Positions 14,270-27,842 of a DNA stretch of 64,000 nt are shown here, piece by piece (positions within the stretch are counted from its first letter, which is position 1; the number at the start of each line of letters is the position of its first letter). The translations under genes were made by a program, and so were the position numbers. The notes beneath the pieces were generated by a model, which had not been told where the DNA came from, made no database searches, and saw nothing but the letters and a program-made list of their open reading frames with translations. This DNA is from Eledone cirrhosa (taxonomy: Eukaryota), in NCBI GenBank assembly GCA_964016885.1, contig OZ024751.1:15314001-15378000 (forward strand). The letters run 5' to 3'.

Positions 14270-15090
14270 GTTGTCTGTGTGGGTGTATGCCTGTACATGA
14301 GTGGGTGTCATGTTCTCTTTGGGTGTATGCCTGTACATGTGTGTATGTGTGTCATGTTTTCTGTGTGGGTGTATGCCAGAACGTGTGTGTGAGGTTAGTA
14401 TGTGTGGCTGTATGCCTGTACATGTGTGTGTGAGGTTAGTATGGGTGGCTGTATGCCTGTACATGTGTGTGTGAGGTTAGTATGTGTGGATGTATGCCTG
14501 TACATGTGTGTGTGAGGTTAGTATGTGTGGCTGTATGCCTGTACATGTGTATGTGTGGATGTATGCCTGTACATGTGTGTGTGAGGTTAGTATGTGTGGC
14601 TGTATGCCTGTACATGTGTGTGTGAGGTTAGTATGTGTGGCTGTATGCCTGTACATGTGTGTGTGAGGTTAGTATGTGTGGCTGTATGCCTGTACATGTG
14701 TATGTGTGGCTGTATGCCTGTACATGTGTGTGTATAGGTGTTATGTATGTTTGATGTATATGTGTGTGTCTTGTGTATGTGTGTTGTGTGTACATGTGTA
14801 TGCCTGTATATGAGTGTGCATGTTGTGTGGCTGTATACCTGTACATGTGTGTATGTCGTCTCTGTATGTGTCTGTGTTGTGAGTACATGGGTGTTATGTA
14901 TGTGTGTGTTGTGTATGTGTTACGTGTGTATATTGTGTCTGTGTATGTGTTGTGTGTGTATGTTGTGTCTGTGCACGTTTGATGTGTGTGTTGTGTCTGT
15001 GTGCATGTTTGATATGTGTGTTATGTATGTGTTGTGTATATGCAGATGTGTATGTGTATAAGAATGTGTGTGTATAGGAATCTGTATGTG
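14270..15090. repeat. TG-rich minisatellite / low-complexity block
   Basis: Recurrent TGTATGCCTGTACATGTGTGTGTGAGGTTAGTATGTGTGGC. Confidence 0.85.
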
Positions 15091-15181
15091 TATTGCATTA
15101 TATATAACGTTTGACCATAATTTAACAGTTATTTTAACATCAGAATGTTAGATGTTCCTATTGAAATACTAGAATTATATC

Positions 15182-15281
<100 letters not shown>

Positions 15282-16734
15282 TAACCCCCAAAACCTCCCT
15301 GTCTTGTTAATACTGCCCATCAGTTCCATGATATATATCTATATTTATAGATCTTTACACATGGAGGTAGTGTATAGCAATAATTATAAAACAATTAAGA
15401 TAGATTAATTACTGTCAACAAGTCATCTCTAAATATATAAAATTGGGTTTTACCAATATGGAGTTTGGGTGTCTGAGAGTGCAATTGATCATTTTATTTT
15501 AAATATTATATTTTAACTTTAGGATCATTATTTGCTGGTTATTATAGATTTTCCTACAAAAAATTAAACTTTGCAATTGTATATTTAAAAGCAAATCCCC
15601 AAATAAAAGATATCCTGTCATATTAAAATAATTACACTACAAATTTCTTTTATAAAACTGGGGTTGGTGTGGTGGAGGGGGATTTTTTTTCAAAAAATGA
15701 AAAAGAAAGGGGGTGTTGCAAATTAAAAATTTTGGGAAGACCTGGCCTGAGTGACAGTTTAATTGGTCATCTCTGAATATATGAAGGTTAAAAGACAGTT
15801 TAATTGGTCACCTACAAATATATGAAGGTTAAAAGACAGTTCACTTGGTTGTCTTCACCTTATTGAAGAGTTATGTCCTCTATGACAGGGTTGTTATATC
15901 TGTATTGTATACTTATGTTTGTGTGCATAGGTGTATATTATGTTTCCAGTTATTCAGTTGTTCTTAGACAGAAATATTATGTTTAATAACAAGAGAACAG
16001 CATGGGTTAAGAATAAACACATATGTACATGTATTTAGCATCACTGTGAAATTAGGCACCCTGGAGTTAGACCACAGGGGCTTACTTTCACACTGAGACT
16101 AAATACATGTAGGTATGACTCTTTGGGTATATTAATGTTTATTTAAAATGTGATTTACACACCCTTGTTTCTGTAGCAACACATATACATTTTAATTTTG
16201 GTTCCAGTTAACTCCAGTTTGGCCATGCTTAAATCTTGTTAAGTCTTTGTCAGCTGATAATGATGATAGAGTATGAAAATAGAAATTTAATGTTTTATTG
16301 CCAGAGTGAAATATAAAGAAACACATTGTTTTTAAAGTAACTTATTCCAAATTATTGAAGTAGGAAAGGCCAGATCCAAGAATATATTCTTGCTTAATTT
16401 CAATCGATTGAATGGATTTACAAGATCCCAGACCTCACTTGTGTACTGAGTCAGGTGGAACTAATCAAATCGGACTAAGGAAACAATGTTTCCATGGGTC
16501 TTTTCATTGCTGATACTATCTGCTGGTGGTCATTAGCAATAGGTTGGAAATTACTTTCAGTTAGATGTAACAACACAAAATATACAGGTACACTAAAATA
16601 ATTGTGTAGGATATAACTGCAATGTTTTCTGTCATACAGGAGAAGGCTGGACATTATATGTGATACACTCTAACTACATCAATAAACTACATACAGCTAA
16701 ACACTGCATGACAGTATGTAGAGCATAGTTCTAA

Positions 16735-17300
16735 ATAGACAGAAGTTACGATATATCTTAATTGTTAGAGTAGACAGAAGTTAGAGATATATCTTAACTG
16801 CTAGGATAGACAGAAGTTAAGGTTATATCTTAATTGCTAGGATAGACAGAAGTTAGAGATATATCTTAACTGCTAGGGTAGACAGAAGTTAGAGATATAT
16901 CTTAATTGCTAGGGTAGACAGAAGTTAGAGATATATCTTAACTGCTAGGATAGACAGAAGTTAAGGTTATATCTTAATTGCTAGGATAGACAGAAGTTAG
17001 AGATATATCTTAACTGCTAGGATAGACAGAAGTTAGAGATATATCTTAACTGCTAGGGTAGACAGACGTTAGAGATATATCTTAACTGCTAGGGTAGACA
17101 GAAGTTAGAGATATATCTTAATTGCTAGGGTAGACAGAAGTTAGAGATATATCTTAACTGCTAGGATAGACAGAAGTTAAGGTTATATCTTAATTGCTAG
17201 GGTAGACAGAAGTTAGAGATATATCTTAATTGCTAGGGTAGACAGAAGTTAAGGATATATCTTAATTGCTAGGGTAGACAGAAGTTAAGGATATATCTTT
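16735..17300. repeat. 36-bp minisatellite, about 15-16 copies
   Basis: Unit TAGACAGAAGTTAGAGATATATCTTAACTGCTAGGG. Confidence 0.92.
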
Positions 17301-18039
17301 ACTAGAGTAGTTGGTGGGTTGGTGGAATTGTTAGTATTGGGTAAGGTACCTTTGAGTATTTGTTCTGGTTCTTTATGTTCAGCTAAAGCACCCTACCTGG
17401 TCCTTGGGTGCTTTAGCTGAGTCCCCTCTGTTGCAAGCATTCAGGCCAGTTTAAAGATACCATCCTCTTCCTTTTCACCAGTCTTAGAGGCACAAAAAAA
17501 GGAGGTGGGTACAACTCATTCCTCTCTGACTAAGCAGTAAAAAGTAAAATGCAAAAGTATAATTCTTGCATCTTGACAACACAGTTTCTTTAACCAATAT
17601 ATCTAGTTAATTTTCCCAGCTTCAGTAGCCAAACATATTATTATTTGTGGAACTATTGAAGGATGGATTGTAAACAGTTGTATGATATTTAAGACATATT
17701 TTTAATACATTTCTGTAAAATTTCTTCCTTTTTTACATTTTATACACAACTTGTCTAATCCATGCTAATGTGGAAAATGGACTTTAAACGATGATAATGA
17801 TGATACATTATAAACATACTATGAAATCGTTTAAATGTTTGACAGTTATTTTATTAAACAAATGTTGAAGTTCACTCTGTTTTCTTGTTCAAAGTCTCTC
17901 TTCTCCACCCTCTTCTAAGCTCAGCTGCTGTCACTAACACTCTGAAAACCTACAACTACTATCATTGTGCTAGTGATAGTGGTGGTCTGTGTATTATTCT
18001 TAGTTTTATTTGTATTATTATCTACCTATCTATATATCT

Positions 18040-19400
18040 TTGCACTGACCCAGAAGTGGGCCGAGTGCAAACTGTCCCTGAAAGGTATATATAGCGTCCG
18101 TCATCTACTACCGCCTGACCGTTGTGCCTTGCCCAAGGGAAACGCTCGCCAAAATGGAGCGCGCACTCTTCCAATTCCTTTGGAAGAAGCGGGCTCCTAT
18201 GGTGAGGAGATCCATCTGCTGTCAACACCCTTCGAAAGGAGGGCTGGGGATGCCGTGGCTAATGATACGTAAACATGCATTAAGGCTACGGCACCTTCAG
18301 GTATTCCTCTCCGGTCAACCGGTGTGGGCCCCGTTTGTGAGGCGAGCCTTTCCCAGACTCGTCTTACTCACCGAGCTGCAATCCTGGGTCAAGCAAAGAC
18401 CGAGAAAACTGGGTGCCTGGCACACCGAGTGTGCCCAGGCACTCACGGCTCTCTGGCAGGCGGACCCGGCTGTCAGTGGAGAATCCACCTCATCATTCTA
18501 TAGAGGGCTGGTGGTTAGCAGGTGCGACGACGCTCTCGGAGAAGCCCTAGGCATGGAGGAAGACGAACTGGCCAACCTGTTCGGTAGGACATTCAGCCCG
18601 GGACCCATGGATAACTTCCAGAGGTCCCTGGCCTGGCAATGCTACAGAAGGGCTCTGCCCGTTCGAGAAAGGCTCTACAGACACGGGCACCCGGGTAGGG
18701 ACCCCTCGAAAAAGATCTATCCCCGATGCGTGTGTGACGAGGAAACTGTTGCACACGCATTGGTACACTGCTCGGGCATTGCCGATCTGTGGGGCTATGT
18801 CGAACAACTGCTGTCAAGGGTGGGACCGATCCGGTTGACCACCGAGTCTATTGTAACGATAAAGCCGCCTCCCCTCTTCAAAAACGAAGAAGAGGCGGTG
18901 TTTCTGTGCGTAATAGCCATGGCGAAAGAGGTTGTATGGTGGACGCGTCTGAAAGGACTGAGGTCAGACACCTTTCTCTCTGGCCAACAACTGGTCCGTT
19001 TCTTCCGATATCATTTCGGAAGAAGGATCAGGATGGAGAGAGAGGTGCTGCACCCCAGCCGTTTTTATGAAAGATGGGTGAAAGTGGCGAGAATGGCCCG
19101 TGTGAATGGGCCTTCACTCTACATCAGACTATAGGTGAGGAAGATGAAAGACCAAGGGAGCACCCCTTCTCTGTGCTCCTGAGGAAAAGGGTTGCACACT
19201 TTTTTTCGGGGGTGTGTGCGACCCCCCAAGGCGCCTCCTCTCTATTGAGGACTTTGTTATAAATTTTATTTTTTGTTATATTTTATTTGATTTTTATATA
19301 TTGTTATTGCCTCCTCCTTATTGAGGATGCCTTGTTTTGTAAACTCCCCCCCATTGTACTTGTCCCACTTTTGATGCCCTGGTGGCAAATAAAAGAAACA
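18040..19400 (+). mobile_element. 5'-truncated Tx1/L1-type non-LTR retrotransposon (ORF2 C-terminus with zf-RVT-like region)
   Basis: ORF 18124-19134 with FLW...GGLG.P, LAW......LP....L and C..ET..H....C motifs; W...KLSLKG just upstream in another frame; AATAAA/A-rich end; 13-bp TSD TATCTATATATCT at 18027-18039 and 19401-19413; CpG-rich. Confidence 0.9.
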
Positions 19401-21565
19401 TATCTATATATCTATGTTCTATCTGTTTCTGGCAAGTCTCTCTCTCTCTACTACTGTCAATTGATTGACTGTTTCCCATGATGAGGACATCTGTCTCCCT
19501 TCACCTCTCCCTCAAGTTGATGTTGTTTAATCTCAGCTCACCTCTGACCAAATACACACATGATCAAAAGTATTTCAGCCACAACCAACTGTGTTCTTTC
19601 TAGGCACAGTTCACCTAAGACCACAGTTTTTTTCTAATATAGTAGGGTCTGATTTAAGGGAGATTTGTGTGCTATTTCTAGTAGTTTTAACAACTCCATA
19701 GAGGCTTTCTTGTTGGCTTTATTCTCTCTCACTTCTTCTCCCTTGATGACTTCAACATACATATTCCCTGCTGGCCCCCCACACTCCACCTACACCAACA
19801 CTGCTGGAGGCTGGGTCATTTATCATTTAGAACTGTCTACATCAGTTAGTATCACATTATTTTCCAAAGAATCTTCACTTTCTTCTAATCACTAAACCCA
19901 ATCTTCACCCACCTTTGCTCACCATCTCTGCACGCATCAGATCAACTAAACACTATCTAATTAAGCCAACACACCTCACATCTTCCTACTACATACTTAT
20001 TTCCTCTCAAATCCTCTGATATTTCAAATCATCTAACTGATTGGAGCTCTACTAGTTTTATGTTGATGACCTCTGGCAGAAAATATTGTGTTTCCTCACC
20101 AACCCATTCTAGATAGTTAAGTGGGTGACCCAAATCATTCTCCTAAGCATGCCCCTTTCTTTACAGTCTTCAAACAAAGGAAACCTATAATCCCTAACCC
20201 TACCAGTTGTTCACTCATATCTGTGTTATAGTAATACAGACAAGGAACACTGCCTACACCAACTAGAGAAAATCTTTCATCAGTATCAAGTGGCAGGTTT
20301 TTTACCCATTACTGTATACACATCTACAAGAGTTTTACCACATAATTAATGGATGCTTTTTGTGCATCACATAGCTAACAAGCTTTCTTGTCTATCACTC
20401 CTAAACCTAGAGGCCTCACACTGGAAAACCTTCTATATATTACCAACATTCTTTGCTTCCAATTGTGCTGATGCAATGACAAACAGCACCCAGTCTACTC
20501 TGTAAAGTGGTAGTACTGGTGCCAAGACAAACAGCACCCAATCCACTCTGTAAAATGGTAGTGTTGGTGCGAAGACAAAAAACACTGTCTACTCTGTAAA
20601 GTGGTAGTGTTGGTACCAATACAAAAAGCACCTGGTCCACCCTGTAAAATGGTAGAGCTGGTACCAAGACAAAAAGCACTCAGTCCATCCTGTATAGTGG
20701 TAGTACTGGTACCAAGACAAAAGCACCTCTAGTGACTCCTCATTCTTTCTTTCCTACCGCCCAGTGTCTTCTACTCCCGAAACTAACTATTTCCATGCCA
20801 TGTATATTGTCTCAACACTCTTCTTCTACCACTACTACAATGGCCTATGCTCCCCAAACTAGCTATTTCCATACCACATATTGTCACCTCACCCTCACTC
20901 TTCTATTACTACAATGGCCTAAGCTTCCCAAAGCTACCTAGATCCATGCTATCTCCACCTAAACTCAGCTGACATCTCCATCTTCCCATGATACCCATTT
21001 TGTAGCTCTTCTCTTTCAAACTGTGCACTAACTACTTTACCTAATCCTTCTTCCCTTAAATATCAATCTAACCTGTCTAGAAGAGCCTGTGATTGTTCAG
21101 TTTAACTACACCACCTGGTCTTTGGGTGCATTCAGTGGAGTTCATTCTGTTGCAAGCATTTGGGTAGGTCTTTGGTTTTAGGATACTTTCCCCATACCTC
21201 TCCACCAGTTTCAGAAGCACTAAAAAGGGTCATGGGCACTGCCTTTCTCTCCCTGACTTAATTTAAAAAAAATCTGGACAGTCTCTGCTTCTTGACTAAA
21301 ACTATTAACCCTTTCATGACTGCATTTCTAATGAAATACACTCTTATTTTAATTAATTAATGAAGAATTTTGAGGGATTTACTAAAGTTATTAATTAATT
21401 CATTACTAAGATATTAACTTAATGTAAGGTTCTTATATAAAATTATGTTGGAAGATTTTAATTTAAATTGGTAACCTTTAAAATGGGTGGTTTTATTTCA
21501 TAGAACCAGAGCCAGCTTTGGCCAGGTTATTAACTTGTGACATGTTTTGTATTGTACCTGTGTAG

Positions 21566-21684
21566 GGCCTCCAAATCCTGATAACTTACCTGAAGACGGA
21601 AAATTAAAAACAAAAACTATGGTCAAAGACAACAGACGTTACTATCTTGATTTAAAAGAAAATCAACGTGGCCGATTTTTAAGG
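21566..21684 (+). CDS. Pur-alpha: Pur family exon (PUR repeat II, first half)
   Basis: tgtag|[40 protein letters not shown]|gtaagt; 119 nt, phase 1 to 0. Confidence 0.96.
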
Positions 21685-21850
21685 GTAAGTGGTTTCTTTA
21701 TATCTTTATGTTTGGTTTTGTGTAATATGGAGAAAAGTGATTGATTTGTGCATTCTTCATGTTGAAATGAAGGAAGCTTTAACAAATTTCCTTTATTTTC
21801 ATTGTTTTACTAGAATATATTGTATTCCTTCTGAATGTGTAACTTGTACA

Positions 21851-22052
21851 TATGAGAGTCGGCTAAAAAGTTTACAGGCTAACCAATATATTCTCATAGA
21901 ACGACCACATGAGGTTTATTTTTCAACATAGTCCCTGGAAAGAAACAATGTAGTTATTAATAAGAAGAATTGAAATTAATGCTTGCAAGATATCACAGCT
22001 CTAGCATCACTCCTTCATAGTCAGCCTATGAACTTTTCAGCTGACCCTTGTA
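21851..22052. mobile_element. Tc1/mariner-type MITE (second copy at ~44655-44853)
   Basis: TA-flanked imperfect TIRs TATGAGAGTCGGCTAAAAAGTTTACAGGCT / AGCCTATGAACTTTTCAGCTGACCCTTGTA. Confidence 0.7.
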
Positions 22053-23193
22053 TGTTGGTGTTCACTCAGGATGTATTGAGATGGTATCAACCAATAAATC
22101 CACAGTATCACAAACAGAAGCTAAACCATGCATCGTGATTACAGACATACAATGTAAAGATTGATTGTCAGACAGTTGTGATTCCAACAGCAGACACAAT
22201 ATATGTGAGGAACTAGATATTATTAGCTCAAGATCTGACTTGATCATAATAATTAACATTTTCAGCTGTCCACCTTACTATTTACACCATTCCAGGAGGG
22301 GATCTGGTACAACTGCATTGCAAATGAGTTCAGCGTGTGATTGATTGAGAGTGTGACCAAACCAATGAAGGTGCCATTTATGCAGGAGTAAGATGTGACA
22401 AGTCTAGAAAAACCAGCAGTCAACCATACGTCTCCTCACCAAGCCACTGAAAGGCAAGGGCTGATACAGTTTGGCACCAGTGTTGTTGTAGGTGAATTCA
22501 GAATGCAAAGGGCTGAAAGAGTCACCACAAAGGAACACATTTAACAATGGTTTCTAATTTTGGCACAAGGCCAGCAATTTAGGTTGATTAACTTAACCTC
22601 AGTGTGTTACTGGTACTTTATTTTATCACCAGCAGTTTAGATTGATTACATTGACTCCGGTGTGTTACTGGTACTTTATCACCAGCAATTTAGGTTTATT
22701 ACCTCAATCCCAGTGTGTTACTGGTATTTATTTTATCACCATCAGTTTAGGTAGATAACATGGACTCCAGTGTATTACTGGTACTTTATTTTATCACCAG
22801 CAGTTTAGGTTGATTACATCAACCCCAGTGTGTTACTGGTACTCTATTTTATCAGCACCGAAAGGATGGAAGGCTGAGTTGACCATAGAGGGATTTGAAC
22901 TCAGAATGTAAAGAGTCAGAACAAATACAGCTAACCAATTGCCTGATGCTCTACTAAGTCTACCAATGTCCTGGACTGGTACTTTATTTATTAACCATGA
23001 AAGGGTGAAAATGCAACATTGTGTTTGTAAATAAATGTGTATGTTTATATTCATTGTTGCTTTTAATGTAAAATTCCAACATTATTTAAATCATCTGTTG
23101 GAAAACCTTTCTGTTATATTTTAAGTTAACATCATTGTATTTCTGTGTTCACAACACCTGTTCAACCTATTATACACCATTCCTTTGATTCAG

Positions 23194-23314
23194 GTATCAC
23201 AAACAATTCCAAGAGGTGGACCCAGAACACATATTGCAATTCCTGCTCAAGGTATGATAGAATTTAGGGATGCCCTTACAGATTTACTGGATGAATTTGG
23301 GATTGAAGATCATG
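23194..23314 (+). CDS. Pur-alpha: Pur family exon (PUR repeat II, second half)
   Basis: ttcag|[40 protein letters not shown]|gtaagt; 121 nt, phase 0 to 1. Confidence 0.96.
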
Positions 23315-23481
23315 GTAAGTATCTTATGTAATAACTGGGAATTGTCTCTTTTAATTCTATTTTGTTACTTACTCAGGGCAACAGGCAAGCTTAACCCAGG
23401 ACTAAGGATAAGTTTACTACCTGGAAAATATATATTTTTTTCCAATCATTCTTTTTAAGCAACTCTTCCCCATTCTTTCCC

Positions 23482-24145
23482 TTAACCCTTTAGTATTTAA
23501 AGCGGCCATATGCGACCAGAATTCTCTCACCCATTTCTGTTCAAACTGACTGTAACTGACCGCTTATACCAACGTTAAGGTATTGTTCTCAAAATAGATA
23601 ATAACATCATCAAAATCTTGTAGATTTGCTATTATGTGAGATAAAGACTTTACTGCAAAAATACAATACAAATGCTAAAAGTTAATATAGCTCTCTAACT
23701 ATCCAGACATTTCTCTATTCATACAGCTATCTTTTAATATACATGACTCTATATCTCTCTATTGGTCCACACATCTCTTTCTGGTCTCTTTTCTATCTCT
23801 CTTCACATGTCTCTCTAATTATCCACACATTTCTCTATTCATACATCTATCTTTCAATATACATGACTCTATATCTCTCGATTGATCCACACACCTTTTT
23901 CTGGTCTCTTTTCTCTCTCAACCCTTTAGCATTTAAACCAGCCAAATCCGGCCAGAATTTTTTCATTTCTTTCTGTTCAAACCAGCTGTAACTGACCACT
24001 CATACTTATGTTAAGGTATTGTTCTCAAAATAAATAATATCAAAATCTCACAGATACGATATTATGTGAGATAATTATGCGAGGTAAAGCCTTTACAGTG
24101 AAAATATAATAGTATATATAAAATAATGTAAATGCTAAAGAGTTA
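23482..24145 (+). mobile_element. two MITE family A copies (23482-23685 and 23920-24145)
   Basis: Same TIRs and body as other copies. Confidence 0.72.
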
Positions 24146-24465
24146 GTACATCTCTCTAACTATCCACACATCTCTCTATTCATACAGTTATCTATCTCTT
24201 AATATACATGTCTCCCTATATATACACATCTCTTTACTGATCCGCACACCTCTCTAACTATCTATCCACACCTCTACGCTTCTCTTTCTCTTTATCCCTT
24301 TTTTCTTCTCTTACACACACAGAGCTAAAGTTAAATTTGAACTTAGAACTCTGGTTAGATATTGTCCAGCTTAATATAACATTCTAATCTAACCGCATTA
24401 CTGTCCCTGTTTGTTAGTGATCATGTGAAACAAAATTGACCAATTCTCCATCTTGTGTCTTACAG

Positions 24466-24569
24466 ATCGCAGCGAGTTACCAGAAAACAGAACGGCTCGT
24501 GTAGAAGGGAAAATATTTTATTTTGATGTTGGTTCTAATGCTCGGGGTGTATTTTTGCGGCTAACAGAG
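24466..24569 (+). CDS. Pur-alpha: Pur family exon (PUR repeat III, first half)
   Basis: ttacag|DRSELPENRTARVEGKIFYFDVGSNARGVFLRLTE|gtaggt; 104 nt, phase 1 to 0. Confidence 0.95.
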
Positions 24570-24914
24570 GTAGGTACACATTGATAGATACCTTCAGTTT
24601 ACTGGTTGATACAAACAGTTGACTGATTGACTTTTAAACACATATATCATATATTGTTGTTGTTGTTGTTGTTACCTTAATAGATGTTCAATGTTGTAGT
24701 TTGAGTTGAATTGTCCTGAAATTTGAATTTTTTAGGGAAAACTTGACCATGGGGATTATACCTCATGTCAAGTTTAGTAAAGCAGCTCCATTGGAACATG
24801 TAATGTACTGCATATATACATAGCATTTTTTTTTTTTTTTTTTTGCAAAATATTTTTTCTGTTTTTTTCCTCGTATCACTCTCCATCTTTGTATTGCATC
24901 TTTTATTTCTCATT

Positions 24915-24985
24915 CCATCTTCTGATGAAGGACTACTGTCCGAAACGTAAACTCTTTTCTTATATCAAGCATTAAACTAATATAT
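24915..24985 (+). ncRNA. degenerate minimal hammerhead core (Penelope-type relic)
   Basis: CTGATGA-A-GGAC-TACT-GTCC-GAAA-CGTA: perfect core and stem II, palindromic ACGT stem III, but stem I only about 2 bp. Confidence 0.5.
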
Positions 24986-25588
24986 ATTTGTTCATTGTAC
25001 TGTGTTGTAATATAGTGCACTGTTGTTAGGTATGTGGTTAGTTGAGGTTTAAATACATAAACAGTATATACTGTTGTTAGATATGTTGTTAGAGGAGGGT
25101 TAAACACAGATATAGTGCACTGTTGTTTGATATATGGCTAGATAAATTGGTTCTATTCACCTTATTGGAGGTTATTATGTTCTCAATGATGGAGTTGTTA
25201 TATGTCTATAACAATATTGTATATTTAAATTTGTGTGTGTAGGTGTGTTTTATGTTTACATATATGCAGTTGTTCATAGACATACTATGTTTAATAACAA
25301 GAGTAGCAACGTGAGTTAAGAATAAACAAATATGTACATGTATTTAGTGTGACTGAAATTAGGCACCTTGGAGTTAGACCACTGGGGCTTACTTTAACAG
25401 AAGCTTACTTTCACACTGTATATACTGTTAGATATTTAACTAACTATTGTAACTCTAACGATGGTTTATGTTCTTGAATTCCTATATACAATCGTCTCCG
25501 TCCAAACCCATGCAAGCGTGGAAGATGGACGTTAAACGATGATGATGATGGATGATGATTCTATATTTGTTTATTTCTTTATCTGTAG

Positions 25589-25702
25589 GCTCGACCTGGT
25601 GGATATCGCAGATCCATTACCATTCCAGAGCGTGCCTGGTCAAGATTTCGGGACCTAATGGCAGAATTTGCTGACAAAATGAAGTCCAAAGAGGGCCAAT
25701 AG
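25589..25702 (+). CDS. Pur-alpha: Pur family terminal coding exon
   Basis: tgtag|ARPGGYRRSITIPERAWSRFRDLMAEFADKMKSKEGQ* (TAG at 25700-25702); SITIP..W..F is typical of the PUR repeat III end. Confidence 0.92.
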   Translation, partial: ARPGGYRRSITIPERAWSRFRDLMAEFADKMKSKEGQ

Positions 25703-27417
25703 TATGTTACATCTGACAGAGGGAATGTGCTTGGTGATGATCTCAGAAATAGCCAAAAATACTGTGGCCTGAATTGGTCCCAGTAGCTGGCTGGGTCGAG
25801 CTGTGACCAAACCATGCTGCAAGTACTCACCGACGATATGACCAAAAATGCAGACATTGAAAAGAGGAAATGAGCTAAGAACGAGAGCTGGCTGGTTTAT
25901 CTGTTCAAATGATCCTTTTTCCTCATAAGTATTAACACAACAGACTCACAATCACCAAAAACCCCACACCTTGATGAAACCATTTCCTTTAAAAAGCTCT
26001 TCATTGGCATATAGTTTGCTTGCTCACTTTAAACATCCGACTTCATCACCACTTCAGTGATGGGCGTACTAAATGGCATCCACAGTTGCCATTTCAGTTT
26101 TGACTCATTAAGCACATTTCCTTTGTCCATAAATTTGATGATGATCATTACTGGAAATACAAGATCTATGGGACTCGTTATATTTTGTGGAAAGTTTGTT
26201 TGAATATCCAGTTGGGTAGTATGATATTTGGTTATAAAATAGTAAGGATTATGGAGACAAGGTATTTAAGCAAAGTAGGAAGAATTAATGGGATTATGGT
26301 GATAAGTAACTAAATACAGTTTCCAAGTGACAAATCTTGCAGTGTTACTCTTCCGACCACGTCTACTGTTAGGTGAATGTTTATAAATTACCTGACTGAT
26401 AGATTTCCTCAGTGGTTCTCAAGCTGCAGTGTAGAATATGGCTGCTTAAAACCTTGCACGGTTTGTGTTTCGTGTTAATGACTAAAAATTTGTGGTGAGT
26501 TGGTCGCACTTTGTTGAACCAGAAATCCCTCCCTTGCAAACCTGTTATATGATTGGATAAGCAAAGATTTTAACATTGGAAAAAAATAATTATAAAATAA
26601 AATAAAATAAAAAAAAACAACAAAATTACAAAAGTTAAAGAAAAGAAAACAAAATACCCAAATCAGAAAATGAAACCCCCTCCCCCAAAAAAGAAAAAAT
26701 ATATATATAATGTTTAAAGCAGAATAATTTCACTTTTCATCAGATGTTGATTGTTATTTCACATCTCACCAGAAGTGGATGTTAGGAATATCTTTATGAA
26801 AAACATTCAAAATTCTAAAAAAAAAAATATATATATAATAACGAAAAAAAGGAAAAAAAAATGGTTATAAGGACAAAAAAAAATGTTATTCAGTAAGTTT
26901 TAAATTGTTCTTTATTATTATTATTATTATTATTATTAAATGTGGGATGGGTGGGACGGGTCAGGGCGGGGCGGGGTGGGAGGGGTGGGGACTTGAGAAA
27001 CAACACACCAACAAGAAAAACTGATGATTTTTAAAAAAAAGAAAAAACCAAAAAGTATGTGTTTATCAAAATTATCTGTATTACAAACCAGTCCAAAAAA
27101 ATATTCTGTTAATTTCTTTTGAAAAAAAAACATCCCCCAAAATAACAAAAAAAAAAACAAAAACAAAAATGATAACAACAACAGTACAAATCTAAAAAAA
27201 AATAATCTAGGAAATATATTCACTTTTAAGGTTTTTAATTTACAACAAAGAAAAGGCTACATTTTTTTTGTGGGTGTTGGTCGTTATTTTAGGAAGTAAA
27301 TAAGTAGGAGAAGGGAGAAATGGAGACGGCCTTACAACTGGTGTTGTTAACTGGACATCAGAGTTTAATGTTATTTTCTAAACATTGCCTCATTATTATC
27401 ATTATGAATTATTATCA

Positions 27418-27451
<34 letters not shown>

Positions 27452-27589
27452 CACTGTTATCTTGAATTTCTTTCCTTGAATAAGGGGGGGTGGGGAGAGA
27501 AGCCACTTGAGGGTCAGTCACTAGGTGAATGTTTCTGTGTAAATGTGTTTGTGTGTGTGTGAGTGAATATACACATGTGTGTGTATGTG

Positions 27590-27627
<38 letters not shown>

Positions 27628-27768
27628 TGTGCATAGACATTTGTATATATATGTGCATGTGTATATATATTTATACATATATATATATATGTATATGTAT
27701 GTGTGTGTATATAAATGTGTATATATATGTATATGTAAATATAGATGTATATAAATGTATATTTATGA

Positions 27769-27842
<74 letters not shown>

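Noticed and set aside
15860-16095. Duplicated segment (also 25160-25420) as a conserved Pur regulatory element or exon
   Set aside because: No ORF or splice support; more simply two diverged copies of an unclassified interspersed repeat.
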